Source: Phoronis australis (taxonomy: Eukaryota; Animalia; Phoronida). Taken from it: a stretch of 64,000 bases of DNA. The stretch's first letter is position 1, and every line of letters begins with the position of its first letter. The DNA is taken from assembly GCA_002633005.1 (NCBI GenBank), contig NMRA01000036.1, positions 124,001 to 188,000 of the forward strand, in the 5' to 3' direction. A program made the translations under genes and the position numbers. Positions 1-13,700 of this stretch are shown in pieces. Below the pieces are notes generated by a model that did not search any database, was not told the origin of the DNA, and saw only the letters and a program-made list of their open reading frames with translations.

Positions 1-1324
1 TTGCCAAAATAATGGTGATTCATCACAGAATACACTAAAACTAAGAACTTGTGGCTTCATTTGACTACACTATGACCACAGATTAGCTGCTAACAACAAA
101 TGGACATTAAACAACTGTCTTATTAAACAGTTCATTTACATGGAATGTCACTTACCATCAAATACAACAATACTGCAAGTTGACAAGAAGAAACACTTCA
201 TAAATTAAAACAAATGAACAAAAATCAAATACAACAGTGCTTCGTATCAAAAAAGTATAAAGACATTTTACTCATTTACAATATTTCGTCTTATTTCAAA
301 AATGATTTTACTTCATTTCCTTAGTGCACTTTCAATTTTTAGAAATTAACAAAAGAGCATTTTTCTAAATAAAAATGATTCTCAAACTACCTGATTAATC
401 ATGTATTTCCTCGGGTTTTGTGGGTTCAAATACATAAATGGGTAAACTGCAATGAAGGTGTTTCCTACAAGCAGAGCTGCATTTTTCTATCGGTTTAGAG
501 TACGTATGCGCACTGTAAAAACACATTTCACAGCACTGGACGTCTCCTACACATTGTCCACCAAAATTCAGTCTTCAAACATCTCAAGGCAAGAATCAGC
601 TCGCAAACAAAACCAACAATTACAAATAGTTACAAAACCAGCAATACAACTGAGAACTATAAAGCAGCAAAAATGAGCCCATGACTGCACCACAAGTGGT
701 ATACTTCTAGAGATGTTTTTAGTGTCACAAAATATCATATAGAATTAAGATCTTTCGAGCCGTTCTGATAATAACTGATGTGCAAGCAGTATCTCGACAA
801 AAACGGTTAACAGATGATGCCACGGTGATCAAATTCATCCACAATCGAATGATGTAGGTGCATATCAGTCATGTACCCTTGTCTCAAGTCATTTGGCCAA
901 AAATTTTAGGCAAGAAAAATCTCATCATAATATACAATGGCCAACAGGTAGCGTGATGGTAGACGAATCTGTGCGAAAATTGGTCACATAACGTGCCAAA
1001 TTTTAGCACGATCCATGAAGTGGTTTTTGAGAAAATTGACAGACAAGCAAAGCTAATGACGGATGGACGGGATGCTGACTATACGAGATGACAAATTTTT
1101 TTAGCACACATAAAAATGGCACAACCTTGAAAGATTCAGTATTCACTGGTTGATACCAATATAGAAAGAACCCAGACAATAATAGACTGACAACAGAAAA
1201 CTGTTAGAGGGGCATTTGTGGGCAAAAGATCTCGTGTGCTTGCCTGAATGCATCAATTTTCAGGCAGGACTGTTCTTTTACAAGTACCTCTTGGACACTG
1301 TCCAGCTCATTCATAACTTGTCCT

Positions 1325-1795
1325 TCACACTTGATACATAGGGTCTTTAACAATTCTATATTTTCGTCCAATGAAGAAATAAAACACATTCAATAACTGC
1401 TGAACTCTTGACAGTTGGCACGGGGAACTTCCTTTGAGAGGTTGAAATACAGTCGTGTAACCTTTACTGATCAACCAAATCTGTCCATAGAGAACACCCA
1501 GCCCAAAAAACGACCAAGCAAAGTTAAGTGCAGACAGGGCAAACACCCAGCCATGTTTCAAAAATGCAGCGAGCAACACGTCCAACAAACCATTGGCCTT
1601 TTCTACTTCATAAACAAACTGATAGGCGGAATGGAGAAATATGAATTGCAAGAATAGAAGAGTCGCAGTGAAGACAACGAAGAGACGGCGGTTCCTGTGT
1701 CCAATACACGAGGTGGTGTAGAGGCAATGGTGATCCATCTCGTACACGCAGCGATCACACAGCTTACAGTGTTTAGTCGGCTTGCTAGGAATCAG
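1325..1795 (-). CDS. Paralog A last exon, DHHC catalytic motif and TM helices
   Basis: KHCKLCDRCVYEMDHHCLYTTSCIGHRN; TGA stop at 1325-1327. Confidence 0.95.
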   Translation of the reverse strand: MIPSKPTKHCKLCDRCVYEMDHHCLYTTSCIGHRNRRLFVVFTATLLFLQFIFLHSAYQFVYEVEKANGLLDVLLAAFLKHGWVFALSALNFAWSFFGLGVLYGQIWLISKGYTTVFQPLKGSSPCQLSRVQQLLNVFYFFIGRKYRIVKDPMYQV

Positions 1796-4700
1796 CTGAA
1801 AGAAAAGTGCACAACTGGTTGGTTTCAAATTCTGGGAGTCTGTTTCATAAAAAGAGACTTGAGACTTAAGTCAGAAAGTTCACCTTACGCTCCACTCAAC
1901 TATTCTGAAAATTAACTTTTATTTCTGCAACACAGGGTCTATGAAGAAAATGTACCCATAATACAGTGCTAGTTCAGTGCTAATTGTTCAGATATTTTTT
2001 TGAATCACTTTTAAACTGTAATGTGCTAACAATTAGATAACAAAACTTTAATCACTAATTGTGAAGTGGGGAGTGCAATTAAAAATTTCTAACTTAAGTC
2101 TGAAGTCTTGTAAATTACTCGGAACAACTCTGACTAGTGTTTCAACGTACTCTAAGAAATGGTGCAGTAGACATCTACACTGATTCTTCACATTGCTAAG
2201 CCATTCATTTGGCTAATACCAATCGCAGCTGATTTACTCCAAAATTAGTGCACCATGGTAAGTGGGTGACTTGATATTGATATTCACTGGTAGGTGTTAC
2301 GGTAAAATTAGTGCACCATGGTCAGTGGGAGACTTGATATTGAAATTCACCAGGAGGTGTTATGGTAAAATTAGTGCACCATGGTCAGTGGGTGACTTGA
2401 TATTCACAGAGAGGTGTTACAAAAACATTAGTGCACCATGGTCAGTGGGTGACTTGATATTGAAATTCACCGGGAAATGTTACAGTAAAATTAGTGTACC
2501 ATGGTCAGTGGGTGACTTGATATTGAAATTCAGCGGGAAATGTTACAGTAAAATTAGTGCACCATGGTCAGTGGGTGACTTGATATTCACAGGGAGGTGT
2601 TACCATAAAATCTCACCAATTCAAATACAATATGGTGAATAAGTGAAATCATGTTTCTTATGTTTCATAAAAGATTTGTAGCACCAAATTAATGCTGTAT
2701 TACATTCAAGTTCTGAACCATAGCTACCATCGAACAATATTTTAAAAAATTATCGTAATTAACCGAAACGTTCGATGCCCTTGAAAAATGAAAATGTTAT
2801 TTTTGTCTGAAATTGGTATAATTTTATCCTAATGAAAAAAGGATTTATTATCTAAATAATGTGACAACAGAAAGATGTTCATCTCCACCACAATGGGATT
2901 TGCAGGTTAAGCGTCCTACAGACTACCTATACGCCACGCAGTTGGAGACACTGTTTCACTAGCCCCGGCCTTCAATTGAATTTCAGTCTCTCCGTTCAAT
3001 ATCTACACCAACTCTTGAAACAATGCACCAAAATTTATACATAATACCATGGTTAGGCATTGTGATTAACAGGAGCTACATTGTACAACGCTTTAAGATG
3101 GATATTACCTCGCACTTGACACACAGTGCCTGCGGTCTAGACAGAACCACCACCAGGTCACGCATTGTGTACGGACCACCCATGTTGTCCTTTTGCTTAG
3201 ACTCGGTCACATAACCTGAAACGTAGACTATCTATATCACACAGTGTTCGCCCAACAAATCACTGGGGTTCAGTAGATGCACCCCTTTCAAAATTTCTAC
3301 GGTCCACAAAAACAGTCCAGGATCCACAATCTAATCATTTTGCATGAAATCAAACTTAAAATTATCTTCAACATTTCGCATTCTTCTTTACTATGAACAA
3401 AAGATAAATGTTTATTATTCTGAGCTCAAGTATAGTATGGTTTACGTGTAGGACTATGTAATCTTCATAATATGCACTAGATGACCCCAGCATTAGAGCT
3501 ACGAATTCGAGTCTCAACTCGAAATCTTGAGTTTTTACTCGAAATCTTGAACTTTTACTCGAGTTTGAAACTCCAACCTAGAGGTCATCAAGTGTGAATT
3601 TGGACTATATGCTCAAATATTAGTTAATGCACAATATACTCAACCACAGACTACTGATAGATATTGAATTCATATTAAAGGAAAATGGAAAATTTCAAAA
3701 ATATTTTCCAGTTTGATTTTGAATACAAAGTTAAGACCTGGACCCTCAACTGTTTTTGAGGTATGATAACTGTACATTTTGCAAAGAACTATGCACAAAG
3801 TATTTTGGAAACAAACCCGTTGGTATTTCATTAATGGAAAATATGGTAAGATGTCCAAGAAACTAAATGTATGATTCTCATGTCTTTAGTTTTAATTACT
3901 TCTTACAACTTGTGCTCTTTTAGCTTGGTTGCATCAACTGACGCAGAAATGCCAGCTCAGGACAACACTGTATCATGAATATGGTTTTTACACACCAAGT
4001 AAAAGTCACGCAAGTCTATGGACCACGACCACATAACTGTATTCAAACTGTGTATCCTAACCAATACTGGCATTTTTGTATGAGCTGAAATGTGAAAGTT
4101 TAATTCAAACCGTGCCAAGCAATTGCCTACTTTCGAGTCACGTTTTAACTAAAGTCTCGTGGTGAAAAATCCTGGTCTATGCCTTAGGTTTTAGGTTTTC
4201 CTTCTTGTTGGTTGAAACTGACACAACTAAACAGGTAAAATGTTAATCAAAAACATGTGTGACAAATTGTACAAGGTTATCATCTCCATAAAAAATTGAG
4301 ACACTGCAAGAGAACAAGAGCCCAAATTACGATACCTTATCTAAGTAAAAATTTCACAAGAAGACTATTAATTGTCATAGGGGATCACAATGTTAAATCC
4401 CAATTGTGAGATGAAAAATCCAACCACTAAAGCTAGAAGCAATGGTGCTATCCGTCTACAATTTAATGTTGAAATGATTGAGACAATATCACAGGCTAAA
4501 AATATTTCGTACAAGTTACAAAGTTCAAGACGACTGTCTTAATGTCTAATACGTTCCTGGACCAATAAAATCTAGATTATTATGATATGTTAGAAAATAA
4601 ATAAAGCAATGACTTACCTGGATCTCCAAACACCATGGTGACAAAACAATATATAGAGAATGGCAGCAAACATACGAATATGAAGACGTTGAAAAGACCA

Positions 4701-7700
4701 TCTTCTAAGAATGTGACCAGTGGACACTGCTAAGGAATGATATCACTCTTGGCTAGGGTCAGTATAAACTAGTGTAAAAGATCTATGTCTTTCTAGAGAG
4801 CCAAAATGCAATGCTCTATCTTGATTCATCAGCATACACATAGGAAGGAGAGATTATCCTTCAATTATGGAGGGTTAAAACCAATGCTACCACGACAACG
4901 ACTTTGTTAAAGCCTAGTTTGATAGACTTTAGTAGCCTCCTTTTTAACACTTAAAAGCAGTTAGTGGGACCAAAGACAGTATAACTTTGAATTACAAACC
5001 ATTTAATCAATCTTCTGACTTAGCACACAATATGGCAGGAAAGTAAAACTCTATTTTGCCAAATTTTGAAACAAAAGCAACTATTAAGAAAAAAATAAGG
5101 AGATGTAACCTTGGCTTGTTTTGTGTAGACGTCTGAAAACTGCATTCTGTACATTTAACAATATATGTATAAAGGTAAATGACAATTTTAGCAATTATTT
5201 TTGTGCGAAATAAGTGAAGAATTGCAGTATGTACAACATGACAAGCATCAGTAAAGGATATCAGGGGATAATACCAACAGAAAGCACGTCACAGATTGGA
5301 GAAAACCACCCACGAAGCCTCCCAGTCTAGATGGTGACGGAAATCTGAAAACAGAGTTATGTTCATTAACTATTAAAAGCTACTGGTATATTAACAAAAT
5401 CCATACGTCTTATTGGGACATTCCTTCATACATGTTGCCAGAAGATAGAAAGAAATTTGAGAGAGCCTGTCTTTCGCAAACAAATTAAAAGGCAATGTCA
5501 TAAAATGTATTCGAAAGAAAAAAGTCAAACACCATTTGCAAATGGTGTCATGTCTATCAGCACGTCACCACCTTTTTTAAAATAGACAAAACTCGATAAT
5601 AAAGCATTTTTTAAATCTATTTTTGAATTTAAAGAGGTGGACCAACAAAAGTGCCACCAGGGTTGAATGACAATAAACTTCACTTCTTTATAAATTTAAA
5701 AACCAGAACAGTAGCATTCGCAAAAATATACGTAACATAAGAGATGTTCCTATTTTTAATAGTATATTTTTTGCCTTAAGTGACTGATTCTATGTTCTGA
5801 TTGGTTAAATAAAGAAACCATATTTCCCGTTTAAGCACTTACCCACTGACATGACTCATCCTATGACCTTTATCAAAGATTTGTAGTATGCAGATGGCAG
5901 CACCAAACAAACACAGGAACCCCTGGTGGTTGGGTGTGAACACTTTTGACAGAACGATGGTGACGATGAAGTTAACATGAGGCCAGAGTAGCTCACCGTA
6001 CCAAGCCCTGAGAGGGCGATCCGGTTTGAAGTTCATCTGGTCCTGCATTAGGTAGTACTTGTTGAGAGCTGTCATCATCACAAAATGTCTGCAAAATTAA
6101 ACACGAGGGTACACGTGGGTGCAGTACAAAGAAATTAATTGGACAAAGACTCAACATCCACCGTTATGACTGGGAATGAGGAGAATACCCGAAAGTTGGC
6201 AAATGACGATGGTTAGCGTAACAGCAGGAAGTCATATTGGGTCAATTTTGGTGTAAGCAAAATTAGCTGCCATGACAATTGTTCAATTACTGTTGGCATG
6301 CACTATGTAGAGCAAATACATGTGTGAAAAGCCATCCTATATATTACATACTGCTAGATATGTATCCAGTGCATAAGATATGGATAAAAAGGTACTTAAT
6401 AGGCCCATTTAGACAAAAACATTAAGACATGACTCTAATTCTCAGAAATTATTGGAGCATGAAATATTAAAAAATTAACAGGTTTACATACTATTAACCA
6501 TTTTACTAAAAACTGCATGAACAACGATTGAACAAAACATGACCCTATTCTTCAGACAGCTCTTGCGAGCCAAATGCATTGAAGTTTGCAAGGTGTAAAT
6601 AAATTCATAAAATGAAGTTCTTGTGAGTGAAAGATTTTAATTGGCATAATTAAACACCAAGTAGAAGGTACAAATGGAGGCTTAAAGGGGAAAGAAACTG
6701 TTTTTATATCACCTTCAGGAAAAATAGACTGAGGTTCTTGGTTATCTTAGAAATGCGACTCGCAATCGAACGCAGTCTCTGTGAATACAGAATCAAAATG
6801 TGGGCCTTTTGCGGGGCTGTTTACATTTCTTTATTGTTGCATGGATGGTAAACAAACATTAGGACAACACTAGTTAATTAGGAATAACAAATTTCCAAGA
6901 AATTTTGGGATGTTTGCTTATGAAAACCAACAAAATATGCCCACCAGTATCAACTTCAGGCAAGGTCTTGTTTTTTTAAAAAGCCTTTTTTTTCTTAAAA
7001 AGCTGCATGAAGGTGCCAAGTAAGCAAGGCTTGAAATGCAATGATTTGGCAACTGAAGAGTAAAAAATTAAAAATCAAATCCTGCATCATTTTCACTTGT
7101 CTCTGCTGGATTTTCAACTATAAAAAATATCACACCACCGACACAATTTTCACCAAAAAAGGAGACCACAATCAAGTTTTCTATTTTGGCCTAACCAAGC
7201 ATCTATAATAATTTTAAAACAGGTAACTTCAAAAAGTGATTGCTTTCCCCTTGAAATTCTTGTTGAGCAAGGGACATTGTTACAGAGCTAAATAACTACT
7301 TCGACGATCTCTCTCTTGCACACAGATCCAGTGGGTCCACATTCTCTTTGTTTTTCACGTGTAAAATCTTCACACCGCCAGACATCAGTAGTTTCCAGCC
7401 GACCTGTGCATGACCTTTCATACAAGCTACATGCATGGCTGTGTTACCATTCGCATCTTGCAAGTGAATGTCACTTCTCTGGAAAATGACAAGAAAAGCG
7501 AGTGACACCAGAAAAGAGTATCATCAGACAACTGTAACACAACATACCAGCAGCAATGGACAACCTTCAAAGATTCTCTAAACATTCTTAGACAAAAATG
7601 CTGACAAAGAATCCACACCCTGCCTTGAACAGGTTTAGAGACGAGAATGTGACTGAAAATGTGAAGGTGAGCAAAACATTGAAATGGATGTCAAATTGAT

Positions 7701-10700
7701 AATTTTTCATGTTTAGACCATACGACCCATTTCACAGTCACGTTGATGAACTGTGTACACAAAAAGTCCTTAAAATCAAAGTTAGGACATCTTAACTAAC
7801 CACTTTAACTCAAATGGGCCCCAGATCACCAAGTAAGAGATGGAGAGGGACATAGGATTGTTTTTTTTTGCTTTAATGCGACAAATGTGAACTACAATAC
7901 TGTGATACTGCAGCCAAATTGTGAAATAATATATAACTCAAGTATTACATTAAAATAAAATACTCAGTTGAATATATGTGAAAGAACAAGAGTGAAAGCT
8001 TCTGTATACTAAACTGGAATCGCTGTTTCACAAACAAGCAGAGTTATTTCAAATTGTATGCTCGTTACAAAGCACAATAACAACAGATACAGGATGTCTA
8101 AAATTATGAGACACATCTTAAATTCAAGAATAACTCATGAATAAACAATTCTCGCTGGCAGTATAGCCTATATGTGGGAGTTTTCACACACATCTAGTGC
8201 AGGAATACTCATCTGCTCCATTTTGATGACAGCCATTTCAATAGATAACACATTAGCTGGTAAGCTAATGATCTTTCTATGAATGATATCCTTGAGTTCA
8301 GATGTTCACAATCTTTCTATGTTGGCTCTTTTTTAAATATATCAAAATATCAGTTGGAATGTGACTGGCTGTACACTCTTTAGTTTGTAAATTCAAGACA
8401 TAAGTGTGTCCCTTAATTTTGAAAAACCCTAATGATACAACTGGCACCTTTTCGTCTACTATTCACCTTATTTTTTAGTAGATAGTGCACCATGTCTTGT
8501 TGGTCGTGCTCCGATGCAACATGAAGCAAACTCTGCTTTTTATGATTGACATCTTGTAAGCCCAACCCACACACCTCACACAGATATATGATCACGTGAC
8601 TGAAACAAAAACAATCCTCGTAACTTCTTTGACTCATTAAAAACAGATACACCAATCAAATACAATAAAATTGGTAAGGTTTTTGTGCTGATATATATGC
8701 AAGAGACTTGAGCTGTGCTGCATAAAACATCAGAACCAATTCGCAAGATTAGTTCCATTGTTGTATATCATTCAACAATGATAATGTGATGCTAGATAAT
8801 GTTTGACATTACTCCACATCATATAACTGTATGAAGATATTATGTACCTTTGCCACAGAGTTATAAGTGGTCATATTTTAACAAAATGTTCACTAGTCTA
8901 TAAGTTGTCGTATTTAACAAAACGATGACTTCCACAATCAAAAGTAGACACTTGAATGTTCAGAGATAGTGACAAATTAGGTTAATTGATGACAAACAGG
9001 ACAAAAAACATCCTGCACATAATTTCAATTCACATTCTGTTTTACAAACTTTTAATATGAACTCACACGCTACCGCCAGCTGCAGCGTGATGCATGATCG
9101 TCCATCCCTCCTGATCGACGGCCTTGAGATCAGCTCCGTTCTCCTTCATCATGTGCACCAGCATAGTCTTACCGCTCCGACACGCCATGTGTATTGGTGT
9201 CTGGCCCTTGTTGTTTGTGGAGTTGATGTCGGCATTGTTGTCTAGTAACAGCATTACCAGCTGATCCATTCCAGACTCACATATTCGGTGCAAAATGGTA
9301 TTCCCATCGTCATCTACACAATAGAAGAACTGGTCATTAATAGGAATTAGGCAGCAGGGATTTCAGGAAGAGACCTCACCAAGAAAAGACCCCCACGGTG
9401 GCTCTTTTGAAAACAAGGTTTGGAAAATGCCCTATGGGAATTTATTTCCAAACACCAATCGACCGGCCGACTTGTTAGTTTGCCATTTTTGCTGCACCTT
9501 ATTCTGTTAAAGTTATTGTCACACGTAGTTTGAACGGTGGGTAGTTTGCTGTAATTACTTGTGATTTTGTTTGTGTGGCCTTCCGTAGTGATCTTAAAGA
9601 ACCTCCAGGGGTAATTTACATGCCTGGTATAATATGGCTGTAGAAAATATAGCCAACATGTTGTTAAATTCTCAATTTCATATATTTAAAAGCCAATCAT
9701 TAGTAAACAGAAACTTCAGACTTCTCCTATAATAGTAGCCAAGCTGGCGTCTAAATGAAACCTTCCTCTTACAGCAAAATATCCTAAAAACCAGGCATGA
9801 ATAAGGATGCTGCTGGCACCAATGCAAGTTACCCCTGGAGGTTCTTTAAGATCACTACGGAAGGCCACACAAACAAAATCACAAGTAATTACAGCAAATT
9901 ACTCACCGTTCAAACTACGTGTGACAATAACTTTAACAGAATAAGGTGCAAAAATGGCAAACTAACAAGTCGGCCAGTCCATTGGTGTAGAAAGTATCTT
10001 ACACGATGTGTAGCAAGTATCTTACACAATTTATTAACGCGATTGTGGTATTGATGATGAGCCATCACTCTCATGTTTGAAAATTGCTCTGATATTCACT
10101 AAATTGCATCTACAGGATTTCTAGAAGTCTGTCATCAATGATTTTCCCAATCCTTTATTAAAATAACTATAGACCCACATTTTAATCCAGAAGCAAGTTT
10201 TTGATTTAGACCACTTACAGTGAACAGTTATAAAAACCATCTCAACTTGCTCCTTTTCTTATGATAAATGACAAATGATTTCAGGATTGCAAAGATGTGA
10301 CACATTTCACCCTTCTTTTAGACCACATTTGGCGTGTAAAATCACTCGCTATGACAAACAACTTGTAGAGCCTTGTCTAAAGCAACAATGAACTGACAGT
10401 TTTTTGAAGGCCTGACATCACCTCTAATTTGATGAAGCAACAATTTCAGACCAATATCATAATGACAAGAGGTCTAAATTATGAAATTCTTATTTGGGGT
10501 GGAAGGCGGCTTTATAGGCACTATGTTCGTATACACAGCGTGCCAATGGTTAGGTTCTGCTTAATTCCAATTTTATATAGAGTATGGCCAACACACAGGG
10601 TACATACCTTTCTCATTGACAGCTTCTGGTTTCTGTGTCAGTATGGCATGACAGACAGACGACAAGGTCTGCTGCATGGACAGCTGTCTTGCATGCTTGT

Positions 10701-13700
10701 CACAGCCGTCATCCTTGCAACAGCCAGTTGTAGCAGTTTTTGCTTCTAAAATTGAGCAAGATAAATAAGAAATTAACAATAACAACTGGACAAGAAAGTC
10801 CAAAAGGAAACAGAAGTAGGGATGCGTCTGGGCCTCTTACTAAGACATCGTTCACTGCATATAATGCATGAAAATTGTTCTCAAAAGTTGGCCGTCAACA
10901 TCGAAAAAATGTTGAAATGAAATTTGACAGCAAAAAAGAACTTCTAAGGATGATTGAGAGCATTTTAAAGATACAGGAATTTAATAAAACAGGCAATACA
11001 TGAAAGAGTAACTGCAGTTATCCAACATTAAAAAGCATTTCACTTTTAACCAAGAGAAGAATAATCACATTTTTTCAAATTAACAGGGGCAACGCTTGAA
11101 GCAATTTACATAAAATTACCTACATTTAACCAATGGAAAAGTCCCAAACACAAAGATTAGTCATTGGTTCCCACAATAGTTCATTTCCATTTTCAAGAGC
11201 TCTGATCATGTGAATGACCATTAAAGTAAGATCTTACCGTATTCGACTGGGTTAATGGCAAGACTACGTAATAAATTAAATATCTCAAAACTCAGGGGTT
11301 GAGGGTTATAATGAGGCCAGGCATTTAAATGTGATGTTTTTGAAGAAAAGTCGTGAGGGCAATTACGTGAACTAACTTGATCTTGAGTTAATAATCATGC
11401 AGTTGTGCTTAAAAGTGAAAATTTGAATAAGCACGGGTGGTAATTTAGACAAACATGGGTATACAGGTGGTACTGGCGTGAAAGTTTTCACTAACCATGG
11501 TCTTTGTTTTTCCACATGTTCAAAAGTTTATCAACAGAAATGGAATCAGTGATTTTGTCCAGGCTGCCATCTTCATTGGGTTCACCAGGATGGTAAGTCG
11601 TGACATGCTGGGATGAAGGCGCCATCTGTTGTCGATTTATTTGGCGTATAGCTTCAAAGAATTCAGAATTCTCTGCATTTGGTAGTACAGGTCTGAAAAT
11701 AATTCACAAAACAGATTATTTTTTACAATTATAATATCTCCAACATCCCTGTACACAAGATGTGCAAAGGTGATGAAATTTGCATTTTTCACATTGTACG
11801 GTCAACTTCTTTAAAAATTGACAGAATTTGTAGAAAACCACCTAGCTTCATTGAAGTTGTAACGAAACCTCAAGAAGGAACAAGGCAAAAATGCTAAATC
11901 GCTGAAAATAAGCCATAATGATAAAATGCTTTGTGCTGAACTTTCTATTAGATTTTGTCTGCTTTTTTGAAAACAATGCACTTTGATGTTATGGTAAATC
12001 ACAGTTGATGACAACTGTTGTGAAATTACACAGAATAACTTCTAGTAATTCTAAAATTTTCAAACAAGGTATTATACAATACTGTACAATTCATGTGCAA
12101 ATTAGCTTCACAAGAATTTTCTACATTTTATTATAGATTTTTTGAAAACGTTTCTGCAAGAGTTATTACATCTTTCAAAATATTCCATCATTACATACAT
12201 TTCATTTGGTCTCACTATCATTTCAATAACATTGCATCTTTCCCGCTTCTTTGGCTATATTTTGACTTGCATGAAGATTTGTAACTCATTTGGAACAGTC
12301 CAAACAAGTATTCTAACAATTTGAAGAGCACAGAAAGCCAAATCACATGCGGAACTGAGCAACTTCTATCAAAGGCAACATGTTAGTCAGAATAAGAGGT
12401 GCGTCTATGACTATGACCTTGCCTGTGTGCAATTCACAAACAATAGGGTCGTCCAGGATTACACAGTGACACTTGACTCTTGCCGTGTTTACCAAAAATG
12501 CCGCAAACATTTTCGAGCTAGTGGAGTTCCACACTTTATTTGTTGTCTGGTTCTTTACAAGTTTATCTTGGTTGCATTACCAGTAATTTATTCGTCCTTC
12601 CAATGCCAACACAGTGTTACTGCAGTGCTGTGGGCTGCAACTCCGTTGTGAGAAAGTTTGATAAATCAGACAAATACCCGTAGATGCACGATCTGAAATT
12701 CTTTGCCTTCCCAACATCAACGAGAGACACGAAAATGTGCCTGATTTCCAAAACAAAGTCACCGGCTTTCTTATCTCCAATATAAAGAAAAGTTCTATCA
12801 CTGTGCAATCTGGGACAGCCCTACATTAATCCCACCTAATGGCCACTTTTATTCAGAAACCAGATGACTGGCAGCAAAAATCTCTAAGACACCTTTACTA
12901 ATAGTAAAGTGAGCCTCTGAACTGTAACAGTCACTGTAAATGGGAATGAATGGACAGCACTTCCATTTTAGCAACTCTTAATTAATCAAACCCGATTACA
13001 GTACATAGCAACCTTATCAGTTCTCATAACACACACCTCAACAATGATAACAAGGCTAACTAATTTAGAGCATAATGTGTTATCTCAAAAATGTAGGGAA
13101 ATGATACTTGATAAAAAAGACAAGAATATTAATATTTCAGCGACTATAAGTAACGAAGGAATATTTAGACTTTAAATGCAAAGCTATTGAGCTTAGTATA
13201 CTCGCAACTGTTGAGGCCCGGGTTCGAATCCGGCCTTGGTTTCCCGCCAAAATGTTATCTCACTAGTGAGATAACTTTATGGGTTATTACACGGTTGTAT
13301 CTGCCATTTGACGCTAATATTGTGGTATAATTAGTTTTTATTTTGTTGCAACAATACAAGAATATCAGATCGTAGTCATAACATGAGACAACCAAACGAG
13401 AAAAAAAGTTATGATGCAATAATGAAAGGCAAGTGAAAATTAATAAAAATCACAATTTCTGTTGTGCAGTTAAAGATTTATTACCAGCAAATAGCCGATA
13501 TTTAGGTGTCATATCCGAGGACGATTTAAATCAGTATACTTTAAAGGAAAATTGAATGATTTTTCGTGGGGTCCAAAACGACTCATCAAATAACTAGATA
13601 CCACATAATGATTGAGAAAAAATATCACATAGTAAAAAATTATAATACAGATTTCAGAAGTTTCTGTCGCAGTAACTCATTGCTCATTTGCCTATTACAA

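Noticed and set aside
2241-2611. CRISPR-like regular repeats
   Set aside because: The intervening parts are themselves repeated rather than unique spacers, there are no cas genes and the context is a eukaryotic intron.
12340-12810. Cluster of short ORFs, one with a faint SWIM-finger-like look (YTVTLDSC...GVPH)
   Set aside because: Cys/His spacing is incomplete and no splice-compatible exon or transposase motif could be confirmed by eye.
13186-13250. tRNA gene
   Set aside because: B box only, with no acceptor stem or cloverleaf; better explained as a SINE head.
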